64,000 nucleotides of DNA from NCBI GenBank assembly GCA_963845755.1, contig CAWJTV010000028.1:128001-192000 (forward strand), read 5' to 3'. The position numbers were made by a program, and so were the translations under genes. Source of the DNA: an uncultured Planctomycetota bacterium (GTDB taxonomy: Bacteria > Planctomycetota > Planctomycetia > Isosphaerales > Isosphaeraceae). Below the pieces are notes generated by a model. The model did no database searches and had not been told where the DNA came from. It saw only the letters and a program-made list of their open reading frames with translations. Shown here in pieces: positions 24,111 to 34,371 of the stretch (position 1 is its first letter; the number at the start of each line of letters is the position of its first letter).

Positions 24111-24803
24111 TCAGGGATCCGCCTCGGTCGCGCCAGGGAACAATCGCCCGTCGCGGATCGTCACGACCCGGTCGGCGATCGACCGGACGCGCGGATCGTG
24201 AGTGACGATTACCAGCGTGCGATCCTCTGAGCGGGCCAGGTCGCGGAAGAGGCTCAGGACGCGATTGCCGCTTTCCGAGTCGAGATTACCGGTCGGCTCG
24301 TCGGCCAGGAGTACACTTGCCGGGCCAGCCAACGCCCGTGCCACGGCGACCCGTTGTCGTTGGCCGCCTGAGAGGTCGCGGGGCCGAAAGTCTTTGCGAT
24401 CGCCGAGTCCCACGGAATCGAGCACGCGCTCCGCCTCTCGACGGGCTTTCGGGCCCGTCCAGCCCTTCAGGTTCAATCCGTACTGGACATTTTCCGAGGC
24501 CGTCAACGCCCCGAAGAGATTGAACTGCTGAAACACGAAACCGATCGAGTTCTGGCGGAGGTGTCGGAGCTGATCGGGCCGTCGCAGATCGACTTCCTGG
24601 CCATCGATCACGATCCGGCCCGCGCTGGGGGTCAGCAAGCAGCCCAGGACGCACAGCAGAGTCGTCTTACCCGAGCCCGATGGCCCCTCGATGGCGACAA
24701 TCTCGCCGCGCGACACGGTCAGCGAGACCCCACGGAGCGCCGGCACCTCATGATGACCTTCACGGTAGATCTTCGTCACCTCGTGGGCCTCGAGTACGGT
24801 CAT
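24111..24803 (-). CDS. ABC transporter ATPase (LolD/MacB/DevA-like)
   Basis: GPSGSGKTT, LSGGQRQRVA, LLADEPTGNLD. Confidence 0.95.
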   Translation of the reverse strand: MTVLEAHEVTKIYREGHHEVPALRGVSLTVSRGEIVAIEGPSGSGKTTLLCVLGCLLTPSAGRIVIDGQEVDLRRPDQLRHLRQNSIGFVFQQFNLFGALTASENVQYGLNLKGWTGPKARREAERVLDSVGLGDRKDFRPRDLSGGQRQRVAVARALAGPASVLLADEPTGNLDSESGNRVLSLFRDLARSEDRTLVIVTHDPRVRSIADRVVTIRDGRLFPGATEADP

Positions 24804-24831
24804 GAAGCGTTCCCCTCCCTCCCTGGTCGGT

Positions 24832-25959
24832 TTAACTACGGAAGACGATCGCCGGATCGAGCGACGCCACCTTGCGGAATGACAGCGACGCGGCCCCCAG
24901 GCAAAGCCCCTGCGTCCCTACAAAAACCAGCGCGGCCAGAGTGGGGGAGACCGTCATTCTCATGTCGAGCCGCTCCAGGGCCGGCCCCAAGCCCAGTGCC
25001 AGCGCCAATGCCAGACCATAGCCCAATGCCGCGGCGAATGTGGCTTGCTCGGCGATGATCCCATAGACCGTAAGATTCCCACCCCCCAGCGCCTTGACCG
25101 TGCCGAATTCGGTCAGATGTTCGGTCGTCGAGGCATAAAGCGTCTGCGCCACGATGACGACGCCCACCAAGGCGCCCAGCGCCACCGTCAGGAAGAGGGT
25201 CAGTCCCAGCCCCGTGCTCTCGATCCAGTAGGCGCGCGACCGGGCCGCCCACTCGTCCTTCAAGTACACATCGTTATAGGGGAGGCGGTTGCGTATCTCG
25301 CGGCGGACCTGCGACACATCGGCACCCGGCTCGAGCCGGACGATGATGAATGTGGTCCGGCCGCCGAGCTCGTCGGGGGAGAGCGACTGGGCCAGCCGAT
25401 AGTCGAGGAACGCGATCGGGCTGGTCGTGAACGAAAGCGCCTGGCGGGTCCGGCCGATGATCTTGAGCCGGCGGCCCTGAAACTCGCGATACTCGCCGAC
25501 ACGAAACGCACCGAACCGCCGCTCGGCCGACGCGTCGAGCAATACGAATCGCCCGCGCCGGAGGTCGGCCGGATTGCCCGACTCGACGTCCCAAGGGAAG
25601 TGCCAGGCCGGGAAGTCTTCCAGCCCATAGTAGACCACCGACTCCTTCGCGCCGGTCGGCAGCGCGACGATCGCGTACCAGACGATCAGGTTGTCGGCTC
25701 TCGCCACCCCGGGAATCGATCGCACCCGTTGGACGTAGCCTTCGGGGAAGGGATTGCCAAAGTCAACGTTCGGTGCGTTTCGCGCCGTGATCCATAGGTC
25801 GGCGTCCAGCCGGTCGATGGTGATGCTTGCGTTCTCGAGCAGGCCGAAGAAGATCCCGACCTGGATCAGCACCAGCGCGGCGGCGAACCCGACGCCGAGC
25901 ACGGTCGCGGCGAATCGGGCCTTCTCGTCGAGCAGCATCTTGAGGGCCAGATCGATCAT
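24832..25959 (-). CDS. ABC permease, FtsX/MacB/DevC-like
   Basis: TM1, large periplasmic loop (ADLWI), three C-terminal TMs with EFGTVKALG; ends LDPAIVFRS. Confidence 0.88.
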   Translation of the reverse strand: MIDLALKMLLDEKARFAATVLGVGFAAALVLIQVGIFFGLLENASITIDRLDADLWITARNAPNVDFGNPFPEGYVQRVRSIPGVARADNLIVWYAIVALPTGAKESVVYYGLEDFPAWHFPWDVESGNPADLRRGRFVLLDASAERRFGAFRVGEYREFQGRRLKIIGRTRQALSFTTSPIAFLDYRLAQSLSPDELGGRTTFIIVRLEPGADVSQVRREIRNRLPYNDVYLKDEWAARSRAYWIESTGLGLTLFLTVALGALVGVVIVAQTLYASTTEHLTEFGTVKALGGGNLTVYGIIAEQATFAAALGYGLALALALGLGPALERLDMRMTVSPTLAALVFVGTQGLCLGAASLSFRKVASLDPAIVFRS

Positions 25960-26747
25960 CGATCGGCCTCCAGCGAGGCCGGATCGGGACCCGGTTCGAC
26001 AGGAACCAGCCGTGCCACGATCGCGTCGGGGAACCGGGCGAGCAGGAACATCAGGATCGCCATGGGCCAGGGGAAGCGAACGACCCCACCGCGACGTCGA
26101 GCGATCGTCCGGGCGATGCGCCGGGCGGCCTCGTCGGCCGACATGAGAAACGGCATCGCCGTGTTCATCGTGGTCATCGGCGTCTGGACGAAGCCCGGAC
26201 AGACGGTGGTCACCACGACACCCCGCGACCGCAAAGCGATCCGCAAGCCCTCCATATAGGCGTTCACCGCGGCCTTACTGGCGCAGTATGCCGACTCGCC
26301 GGGCAGGCCCTTGAACGCGGCCAGGCTGGAGATTGCGACGAGATGACCGCGACGTCGGGCCAGCATGCCGGGCAAGACGGCCTCGATCGAATAGATCACC
26401 CCCATCACGTTGACCCGGAAAGTCTTGTCAACATCGGCAATGTTCAAGGGATCGAGGTGGGTCGGCATGCCGTAGCCGGCATTGGCAACCATCACGTCGA
26501 TTGGCCCCAGCCGCCGCTCGACCGCAGCGATGGCGGCGCGCAGGGCCGGTCGGTCGCCGACGTCGGCAACATCGGTGACCGCCGTGCCGCCGGCCTGGAT
26601 GATCGCGAAGGCAGCCTGATCGAGTTCCTCGCGTCGGCGGGCGATCAGCCCAACGCGATAGCCCTCGGCTCCCAGCCGCAGAGCCAAGGCCCGGCCGATC
26701 CCGCTCGAGGCTCCCGTCACGATGGCAACTGGTCTTTCAGCCGGCAT
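25956..26747 (-). CDS. SDR family oxidoreductase
   Basis: TGASSGIG, ANAG, YCASK; stop overlaps the permease start (ATGA). Confidence 0.92.
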   Translation of the reverse strand: MPAERPVAIVTGASSGIGRALALRLGAEGYRVGLIARRREELDQAAFAIIQAGGTAVTDVADVGDRPALRAAIAAVERRLGPIDVMVANAGYGMPTHLDPLNIADVDKTFRVNVMGVIYSIEAVLPGMLARRRGHLVAISSLAAFKGLPGESAYCASKAAVNAYMEGLRIALRSRGVVVTTVCPGFVQTPMTTMNTAMPFLMSADEAARRIARTIARRRGGVVRFPWPMAILMFLLARFPDAIVARLVPVEPGPDPASLEADR

Positions 26748-26912
26748 CGAGGATCCCCCAGTTCCGGCTGCTAAATCTCACAAGTGAAGACGATGCTTCC
26801 CATCTGACTGAATTCTGTCCAGGTGTCTACCGTGGAGACACCGAGCCGACGAGCCGACGGATTCTGTTCGAATCGGAGAATCACCGACACAAGAAGAAAA
26901 CCGCACGAAACA

Positions 26913-27299
26913 TTAGCTCGGATGTCCACCAATCCGTGCCGCCAGGCGTTTCGGGGCGGCGAGGCGGTAGCTGTCCGTGACGAAATCCGTGACCTCTTGC
27001 CAATCGATCTCGCCAAGGTCCAGCCGCAGACCGACCCATCCCCTCGGCCCTATGTACGCCGGACTATAGAACCGCACCGCGTCCGAGGCCAGCAGGACTC
27101 TGTTCTCGCCTGGCTCGGTCCTGAAGCAGACGGAGACGATGCCGTCGCCGTGATGGTCGTTGAGGAAATAAGAGAACTTCTTGTCGCGCACACTGAATGA
27201 CGCATGGTCCCCTGTGCACACTCGGATCGCCTCGGGAAGGATCAGGCAGATCTCCGTCAAGCGGGTGAGTCGGCGATCCTCGGCAGACGTACGTGTCAT
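26913..27299 (-). CDS. MmcQ/YjbR family protein
   Basis: F.VRDKKF.Y.L.DHHGDG, PAYIGPRGWVGLRLD, SYRLAAPK. Confidence 0.85.
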   Translation of the reverse strand: MTRTSAEDRRLTRLTEICLILPEAIRVCTGDHASFSVRDKKFSYFLNDHHGDGIVSVCFRTEPGENRVLLASDAVRFYSPAYIGPRGWVGLRLDLGEIDWQEVTDFVTDSYRLAAPKRLAARIGGHPS

Positions 27300-27407
27300 G
27301 GCGATTGACCTCGCGAGTTGCACCCGACGTACGGGAGGAAAGCAATAAGCGAGGGCCGGGCGCATGCGATCTCCACCCTCGCCCTCGGTGACTCAGTGCC
27401 GTGAGGG

Positions 27408-28653
27408 TCACGCCAGGTGCCGGTCCACCTCGGGCAAGAGCCTCGCGAAATCGAGCCGGTTGGGGCATGCGGCGCGGGCGGCTTCGAGGTCGGCGCCCGA
27501 CCAGTCACGAGCTTCTGCGGGCAACTCGGCGTAACGCCGGCGCGCCTCGGAGCGGTCGCCATGATGCTCGTGGTAAGTCAGGAACCGGGTCAGATTGCCC
27601 AGCTCGGCCTTGGTACCGGCCGCGACCGAGCATCGGCCGTCACAATCCGCGCAGAGCATCGAGCCGTGGGCCAGGGTGGCGTCGCGGAGCTGCTCGACAT
27701 CGGCCGCTTTGAGCGGCTCGAACCGTCGCGCGGCGTCCGTATTCTCACGGATGTGGTCGGTGTTGCGCATCGTGGTGCAGACCGCGCTGAGCCGCTCGTC
27801 GGACCAGATCGCGTGCAGCAGGCCCTGATACGGCGTCAACTTTCGTTCGACGAGCATGGGCACCTGGCGGACGACGTCATCGAGGATGTTCCCCTGGGGC
27901 TTGTCGCCCAGGAAGGTGCCGGCGATCTGCTTCATCGAGATCAGGCCGATCCCGCGCTGGTGCGCGGCGTCGATCGCCTTGTTGAGCGAAGAGTCCTTGT
28001 CAAGCCAGGGGCGATACTGGAGCATGATCGCGTCAACGAATCCTCCCTCGGCCGCCGCCTGGATCATCTGGGCGCGGTCCCTGTGGTGGGTCGAGATCCC
28101 CACGAGCCGGGCTTTGCCGGACTTCTTGGCTGCCTCCGACGCCTCCTTCAGCTCCTTGCTCTTGACCATCGCGATGGCCTCGTCGAGCGAGTGGTTGTCG
28201 CCGAAACTGTGGATGAAGAAGAGGTCGACGTAGTCGGTCCCCAGCGCGCGCGCACCGCTTCTCCAGCATCCCCATGAGCTGGGCCGGAGTCTTGGGTGCG
28301 TCCTTGGTGACGAGGAAAATCTGCTTGCGGACCGCGGAGTCCTGCTGGAACCACTTCTTGAAGGCAGCCTCGGAGTGGTAGGTCTCCGACGTGTCATAGG
28401 CCCGGACTCCACGCGCGAACGCGTAGCGGAGGAGCCTATCCACATCCGGTCCCTTGCCGGTCCCCTGGTCAAGGATCGTGATGTCGATGCCGGTCTTCCC
28501 CAGGGGCCGAGTCGGCAGAGTCGAACCCGAGGACTTCGCGGTGGCCTCCTGACCGTTGAGGCCGTGGGCTGTGCCCAGCGCCGAGGCCGTGGCCAGCGCC
28601 CCGGCCTGGAGGAAGGTGCGTCGATCGGTCCCGTTCGATGCGTCGTGGGCCAT
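27408..28653 (-). CDS. Aldo/keto reductase with Tat signal and C-terminal Cys motif (frameshift near 28255)
   Basis: DRRTFL Tat motif, RPLGKTG, DTSETY, DYVDLFFIH, GISTH, CADCDGRC. Confidence 0.85.
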
Positions 28654-28763
28654 CGTTCTTGACTCCTCGTCGGGCGGTTCGAAGGTGGACACTCCCCGCC
28701 GTGGTGATGGGTGGAATCCCCGGAGGTCCTCGGATTATAACCCAGGATTCCCCGACTTTCGAC

Positions 28764-29975
28764 CTACACCGCGCGAAGGACCAGGCTGGTATTGCTCCCG
28801 CCGAAGCCGAACGAGTTGGAGAGAGCGACCCGCACCTTATGCGGGCGGGCCTCGTTGGCGACCAGGCAGAGGTCAACGTCGGGCTCGTCGAGATTGATCG
28901 TCGGCGGGATGGCCTGATGGCGCATCGCTGTTAGACAGGCGAGGGCCTCGAAAGCGCCGGCGGCGGTCAGCATGTGGCCCGTGAGGCTCTTGGTCGAGGA
29001 GACGGGGATCCTGGCGGCGTCATCGCCCAGCACGATGCGGAGAACGTTCGCCTCGGCAGCGTCACCGACCGGCGTTCCCGTCGCATGGGCATTGACATGG
29101 TCGACACTCTCGGGATCGAGGCGCGCATCGGCCAGGGCCTGGCGCACGGCGGCGACGGCGAACGCGGGATCGGGGCTCGGAATGACGTGGTGGTGCGCAT
29201 CGCTGCTCGAGCCGTAGCCGGCGACCTCGGCGTAGGCATCGGCCGAGCGTCAACGCGCACTTGCAGCTCGCTCCAGGACGAAGGCCACGCCCCCTTCGCC
29301 CAGTACGAATCCGTCGCGAGCCCGGTCGAAAGGACGAGATGCCCCGGCGGGGTCCGAGTTCCGTCGCGACAACGCCCGGAGATTCCCGAACGTCGCGAGC
29401 CCGATCGGCGTGACGGCCAGGTCACAGGCCCCCGCCACGCAGACATCCACTAGCCCGAGCCGCAACCAGGTGCGGCCCATTTCCAGAGCGTGATTGCCGC
29501 TGGCACACGCCGCGGACAGAGCAAGCACCGGTCCCGACAGTTCCAGCTCGTGCCGGAGTCGATCGATCGTGGATTTCGCGTCCTGCTCCGGGTCGTAGAT
29601 CCGCGTTCCCCCGCGGAAGTGATCGGTCTCCCAGTGGTACATCAGCTCTGCGCCCAATCCCAGCACCAGCCCGACTCGAGCTTCGCGACGAGTCTCCCAC
29701 AGTCCGGCGTCGCGGAGCGCCATCTCGAGGCACCAATGAGTAAGCTGGTCGAGCAGGCTCTTCGCCGCGAAGACCTCTGCCGTACAACTGGGAGGAACGG
29801 GGATTCTCCCGACCTGGGCGGCAATGCGGCTCGGATAGTCCTCGGTCGGAAAAGACGTCACCTCCGCCACGCCCGACCGACCAGCCAGTAGGTTCGATTC
29901 GATTTCCGCGAGCCCGCAACCGAGCGGCGTGGCCGACCCGATGCCCGTGATCCAGATGGGGTCATCCCGGTCCAT
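28764..29975 (-). CDS. Beta-ketoacyl-ACP synthase (FabF-like ketosynthase) with an in-frame TGA at 29250-29252
   Basis: SAACASG catalytic Cys, NAHATGT and TGHM His residues, SNSFGFGG; both ORF halves are in the same frame. Confidence 0.9.
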
Positions 29976-30768
29976 CGCAGATTACTCCCGGCCCTCGGAT
30001 CCCACCAACAGTTCGACCCGGAGCCCACCGGTCGAATCGGTCGCGATCGTTCGCGGCGAGGGACCATCCCGACCTTCGAGACTCGCGGCCAGGCCGACCA
30101 GATCGAAGGAGGCTGCCATGGGGACGCTCTCCATGCCGTTGACGACGCGGATCGACGTTCGAGCTGCTCTCGGTCACTCCCGGCGTCAATGCCAGCGCCA
30201 GCGCCTGGCATTCGCCGATCGCAGGCGTGTCGTGATTCCGCTCCGGGATCGGTTCCGGAGACCAACCGGTCAGGACCAGCCAGACCCCCGGCACGACGCC
30301 GGAGGCAAGCCAGGTCAAGGCCGCCAGTGTTCCCTCGGCCGGTGCCCGCGCCCGCCGTCGACGCCCAGGTTTGGCCCATGCGTCCCCAGTGCCAGACTGA
30401 TCGTCCCCGACGAGGAATGCAGGCGCATAGTGGGGAATCAGGTGGGGCGAGATTCCCCAGACACCCTCGGCGCGAAATGTCCGCAACGTCGCGGCCAGGT
30501 AAATGCGGCCCAGGAAGCGCGAGGCGGACACCACACCCCAGTCCTCGAACCGATCGGGGGAGCAGCCCATGGCCTCGATGGCCGTGAAGACCGCGGCGGT
30601 TCCGGCGACCGTCTGCTCGTCGGAGTAGCGCAGCAGCGACGGCATCGTGCGCCGCCAACCTTCCGGCACGGGGCCTGGCTTACGCCGCAAGCCGGGCACG
30701 TCGCGAGGTCTCACCTGGACCAGTCCCGAACCCGTCACCGATCCGTTGAGGAACCGCAAGGCCGGCAC
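29962..30768 (-). CDS. Ketosynthase N-terminal-like protein without catalytic Cys (chain-length-factor-like; frameshifts)
   Basis: SPHLIPHYA(L)HSSSGTISLALG.HGPNLGVDGG resembles the KS fold; overlaps the KS start. Confidence 0.5.
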   Translation of the reverse strand: MPALRFLNGSVTGSGLVQVRPRDVPGLRRKPGPVPEGWRRTMPSLLRYSDEQTVAGTAAVFTAIEAMGCSPDRFEDWGVVSASRFLGRIYLAATLRTFRAEGVWGISPHLIPHYAPAFLVGDDQSGTGDAWAKPGRRRRARAPAEGTLAALTWLASGVVPGVWLVLTGWSPEPIPERNHDTPAIGECQALALALTPGVTESSSNVDPRRQRHGERPHGSLLRSGRPGRESRRSGWSLAANDRDRFDRWAPGRTVGGIRGPGVICDGPG

Positions 30769-31097
30769 TTCACACTCGACGCGCCTCGCTCCTCCTTGAC
30801 TACCACCACGTGAATGGGCCTCCTTGCCGGAGCCAGGATCCGGCGATTCGCACCGATCGGGGAATCCCCAAGCCGCACGACGCAGACCGACCCAGTTGAT
30901 CTTCCCCGAATTCGCGGAATTGAGCTAGCTAGGTTTTCGCTTCTTTTCTATAGAATGATGTCAGTTCTCGGGTTCGACAACAGGAATTTAGACGCCAAAC
31001 TCGGCACTATCCTTTCCCGTCTTGCCCAGGCCGCCCGTATTCTCGACGACGAAACTATCAACTTCGTCGGGCCTTGCCGGCTCGTTGAGGTGCGTTC

Positions 31098-32366
31098 ATG
31101 ACCGCGACGTCGCCAATGGATCAGTTGGATCAAGCCCTTCGTCAGAACATGCTCGTGAGGATCATCGAGCAGTTCAGCGAACAGCATCCGGATTCGCACC
31201 TGAAGGATTTGGTCATCGACGAGGTGCGACCCGGCCGAGAGATTGTCATCCATGGCCGCCCTGTGATCAACTTCGGCTCGGACAGTTTCCTCGGACTGGA
31301 CCAGGACCCGAGGGTGCTGGAGGCGGTGCGGCGCGGGTTGAGGCGCTGGGGCTCGCATAATGGCTCATCGCGGGCGTTTTCCAGCGTGCGAGCCAATATC
31401 GAGGCCGAACGGAAGCTGGCCGAATGGCTAGGTGTCGAGTCCGTCCTGATCCTTCCGTCCGTAATGCTGGCGAATCTGGGGGCGATTCCCGGCCTGACCG
31501 GGCGGCAGGATGCGATCGCCATGGACGAGCAGGCGCACAGCTCGATGCAAGAAGCGGCCAAGATCGCGCGAGCCAACGGAACGAAGGTGGCTACCTTCGC
31601 GCACAGCGACCCGATGGCCCTACGGCAGACGCTCCGGGGTCTCCGCCCCTACCGCTGCGCCCTCGTTTGCATCGACGGTGTCTACAGCATGAGCGGCCGG
31701 ATCCCGCCAATGGCCGAGCTGGATGAAGTGGCGCGCGAACACAACGCCGTCCTTTATATCGACGACGCCCATGGCACCGGCGTCCTGGGAGAGCAGGGGC
31801 GAGGGACGGTGCTCGAGACCCTTGGTAGTTATGAGAACGCGTTCGTGGTCGGCTCGCTCTCCAAGGCGTTCTCGTGCGCCGGAGGCTTCATCGGCTGTCC
31901 GGAGTCGTTCTCCCGGCTACTCAAGATCCGTTGCACTCCGTATGTCTTCGGCGGACCGGTTGTCCCCTCGTTCCTGGAAGCAATCGCGACGGTCATCGAC
32001 ATCCTTCGATCGGCGGAATATCCGGTACTCCGTGCCCGGCTCGATGCCGCCATCCTTCGCCTCTCCCGCGGCCTCTCCGCCCTCGGCCTGACCGTCATGG
32101 GCGGCGCGACGCCGATCATCTCGATCCTGATCGGAGACGAGTCCATTACGCTCAACGCCGGCAAGTTCCTCTTCGATCGCGGCTATTACGTCCAGTCGGT
32201 CCTCTTCCCGGCCGTTCCGTATCACGCGGGAGTCCTCCGCATCCAGTGTAACGCGAATCACGACGACGCGTCGATCGATGGACTGATTGCGGCCTTCGGA
32301 GCCCTGGCGCGGACCATGAGATTACCCGTTCGCGGGGCGACTTGCGAACTGCGGGATGTCGGATAA
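31098..32366 (+). CDS. PLP-dependent alpha-oxoamine synthase (SPT/BioF/KBL family)
   Basis: INFGSDSFLGL, DEQAHSS, DGVYSMSG, DDAHG, GSLSKAF. Confidence 0.9.
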   Translation: MTATSPMDQLDQALRQNMLVRIIEQFSEQHPDSHLKDLVIDEVRPGREIVIHGRPVINFGSDSFLGLDQDPRVLEAVRRGLRRWGSHNGSSRAFSSVRANIEAERKLAEWLGVESVLILPSVMLANLGAIPGLTGRQDAIAMDEQAHSSMQEAAKIARANGTKVATFAHSDPMALRQTLRGLRPYRCALVCIDGVYSMSGRIPPMAELDEVAREHNAVLYIDDAHGTGVLGEQGRGTVLETLGSYENAFVVGSLSKAFSCAGGFIGCPESFSRLLKIRCTPYVFGGPVVPSFLEAIATVIDILRSAEYPVLRARLDAAILRLSRGLSALGLTVMGGATPIISILIGDESITLNAGKFLFDRGYYVQSVLFPAVPYHAGVLRIQCNANHDDASIDGLIAAFGALARTMRLPVRGATCELRDVG

Positions 32367-32452
32367 GTTTCGCGACGACGGCCCGCGCGGGGCAACCAGG
32401 ACACGCATCAGCGAGTAGGGTCGAAGCATGATCGAGGAAGCGAGTAAACATC

Positions 32453-32833
32453 GTGACGACCGACGATCGAAGTCGAGTCCTTCTGATCATGCTGGCGGCC
32501 GTGGTGGCCCTGAGTTTGGGGGAAACCGCAGTGGCCAGGGGGATGAAGCATTCCGGCGCTGCCGACCATCGCTGGGCTGCCCAGGTCATGGCGATCGTGG
32601 GTAACGGGTGGGTCCTCGCCGGAACCGGCCTCGTCGCCATCCATTTCGGACTTTACCTTGTGGCGCTGAAGTATGCGGACCTGAGCTTCGCCCTGCCGCT
32701 AACCGCGGCCGCGTACCCGCTGTCGGCCCTGCTGGCGCGATTCTACCTTCGCGAGGACGTGGGGACCGCCCGATGGATCGGGACGCTCCTGATCACAGCC
32801 GGAGTGGCGATCGTCCTCCTGGGCGACGACTGA
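32453..32833 (+). CDS. EamA/SMR-like four-TM protein (ArnE/F-like)
   Basis: Four TMs; ADLSFALP, L.E.V...RWIG.LLI..GV. Confidence 0.8.
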   Translation: MTTDDRSRVLLIMLAAVVALSLGETAVARGMKHSGAADHRWAAQVMAIVGNGWVLAGTGLVAIHFGLYLVALKYADLSFALPLTAAAYPLSALLARFYLREDVGTARWIGTLLITAGVAIVLLGDD

Positions 32834-32846
32834 GGGCGTCGCTGGC

Positions 32847-33152
32847 TCAGCAGGGACCGGGTTCCGGCTCCTTGGGCACCGTAGCCGTCCCCGACAGATC
32901 CGGAATCGCCGCCAGTTTCCTTTCCATCAGGTCGAGGAGATCGCCGACGCGCTGCACGGTGCCCAGTTCCTCGGTCGCAAGCCGGATCCGGAACTCGCGC
33001 TCGATCCGCATCACCACCCCGACGACGTCCACCGAGTCGAGTTTCAAGGATTCGCGCAGGTCTTGCTCGTCCGTAAGGTCGGGGTACGATTCGCCCATCT
33101 CTTCTTCGAGCAAACTCAAGAGCGTCGTTCGGAGCCTCTCACGAGTCAACAT
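32847..33152 (-). CDS. Acyl carrier protein
   Basis: Acidic ~100 aa protein with an LKLDSVD phosphopantetheine Ser motif. Confidence 0.9.
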   Translation of the reverse strand: MLTRERLRTTLLSLLEEEMGESYPDLTDEQDLRESLKLDSVDVVGVVMRIEREFRIRLATEELGTVQRVGDLLDLMERKLAAIPDLSGTATVPKEPEPGPC

Positions 33153-33352
33153 GCGTGGCAATCCCCACCACGGGCCACAGAGACGGAAGGGCAACTCATC
33201 AGAAGGATACCAATCTCGATTAACTGCAACCAGGCCAAAGGTTTGGCGAGACACTGAATAACCCTGGCGTCCGCGTGCGAACACTCCACGGTTAGGGCAA
33301 GACGCCGTTTCCGCCGACGGTCGGGAGGTTTCTGGCGAGGAAGTCGTGAGAT

Positions 33353-33661
33353 CTAGTTGACGAGACGAACATGCTGAACCCCATGCTTGTCCAGCCAGCC
33401 CATGAGGGACTCCTGCTCCTCGGTCAGCTCGACCTCGGTTGCGTTGGCAGAATCGAGGGGAGACACAAGATAGAAAACTCCCTCCGCGAGCCAACGAGCC
33501 ACCTCGTCGCGAGCAATCCAGTATTCGTCCTCTCCCAGGACCGGGACTCCCGCCGAGCCCGGCGGCGTCATGAAGTAGACCAACTGGCCCCGCAATCGAT
33601 CGGAGATCGTCAGCGGTGAGACATGGGGTTGGTTGACGGGCAGCAACCTAGGCTGGGACAT
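33353..33661 (-). CDS. Hypothetical protein (102 aa)
   Basis: Globular-looking ORF co-oriented with the upstream kinase gene. Confidence 0.6.
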   Translation of the reverse strand: MSQPRLLPVNQPHVSPLTISDRLRGQLVYFMTPPGSAGVPVLGEDEYWIARDEVARWLAEGVFYLVSPLDSANATEVELTEEQESLMGWLDKHGVQHVRLVN

Positions 33662-34371
33662 CGCTCCCTCGGAGGGTTTTCGGCTTGTTCGAGCCAGATC
33701 GCCACAACCGGGATTCTGACCGAACTGAATGGGGTCGTCAAGCTTCGGAGTCGGCTCAATCCAGTAATGATCCGATCGCCGGACGGGTCGCGGAGGTTGA
33801 GATACTCGACGCGAGGGAGGATGCGAGCGATCCGGGGGAAGTTCGCGTCAACGCGCTCGAGACGAGCAGCCAGCTGGCGGTCCGCGCCCCTGGGCAACGA
33901 GGCACTCTTGAGCAAGACGAGGGACGTGGCACCCAGAAGGCCCGCGATCCATGCGGCGATCGAATCCGAAGTGGTATCCCAACTCCGGGGCAATGGTGCC
34001 GTTCCGGACCCCTCAATCTCTTGAACGATCAGGCTCGGGATAAGGACGGGAATCCGGCCGGCGACCCAGACGGGGATAAGCTCCGCGATCTGATCAACCG
34101 CGACCGAGCCTGGCAGGATGGCGGCAAGAAACCTGGCTGTGAAGTCCATCGCATGGATCGCAAGTCGATGAGCGGTCTCGTCGCCCAGATGATGATCCTG
34201 GTCCAGCCGTCGCACGAGATTGGCAGCCGGCCGCCCCCGGCTATCAGGACCAGGTCGCCCGCTTGCGACCCTCGCTCGCTGTCCCTTCACGAATGCCGCC
34301 AGGTGAACGGGTAGCTCGGGCCAGTCGAGCAGGCTGCCGCCGACCTTGATCACGGAGACGTCCGCATCCAT
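33610..34371 (-). CDS. Amino-acid kinase family protein (MfnE/orf21-like)
   Basis: VIKVGGSL, AHRLAIHAM, SWDTTSDSIAAW, LVLLKS; coupled to the upstream gene via TGATG; 3' end uncertain. Confidence 0.82.
   Translation of the reverse strand: MDADVSVIKVGGSLLDWPELPVHLAAFVKGQRARVASGRPGPDSRGRPAANLVRRLDQDHHLGDETAHRLAIHAMDFTARFLAAILPGSVAVDQIAELIPVWVAGRIPVLIPSLIVQEIEGSGTAPLPRSWDTTSDSIAAWIAGLLGATSLVLLKSASLPRGADRQLAARLERVDANFPRIARILPRVEYLNLRDPSGDRIITGLSRLRSLTTPFSSVRIPVVAIWLEQAENPPRERCPSLGCCPSTNPMSHR

Noticed and set aside
31098..32366. Gene symbol bioF or spt
   Set aside because: The family is clear but substrate specificity cannot be assigned without a phylogeny
3164..33152. tRNA-His-anchored integrative island
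   Set aside because: No integrase and no duplicated tRNA 3' end found in the window
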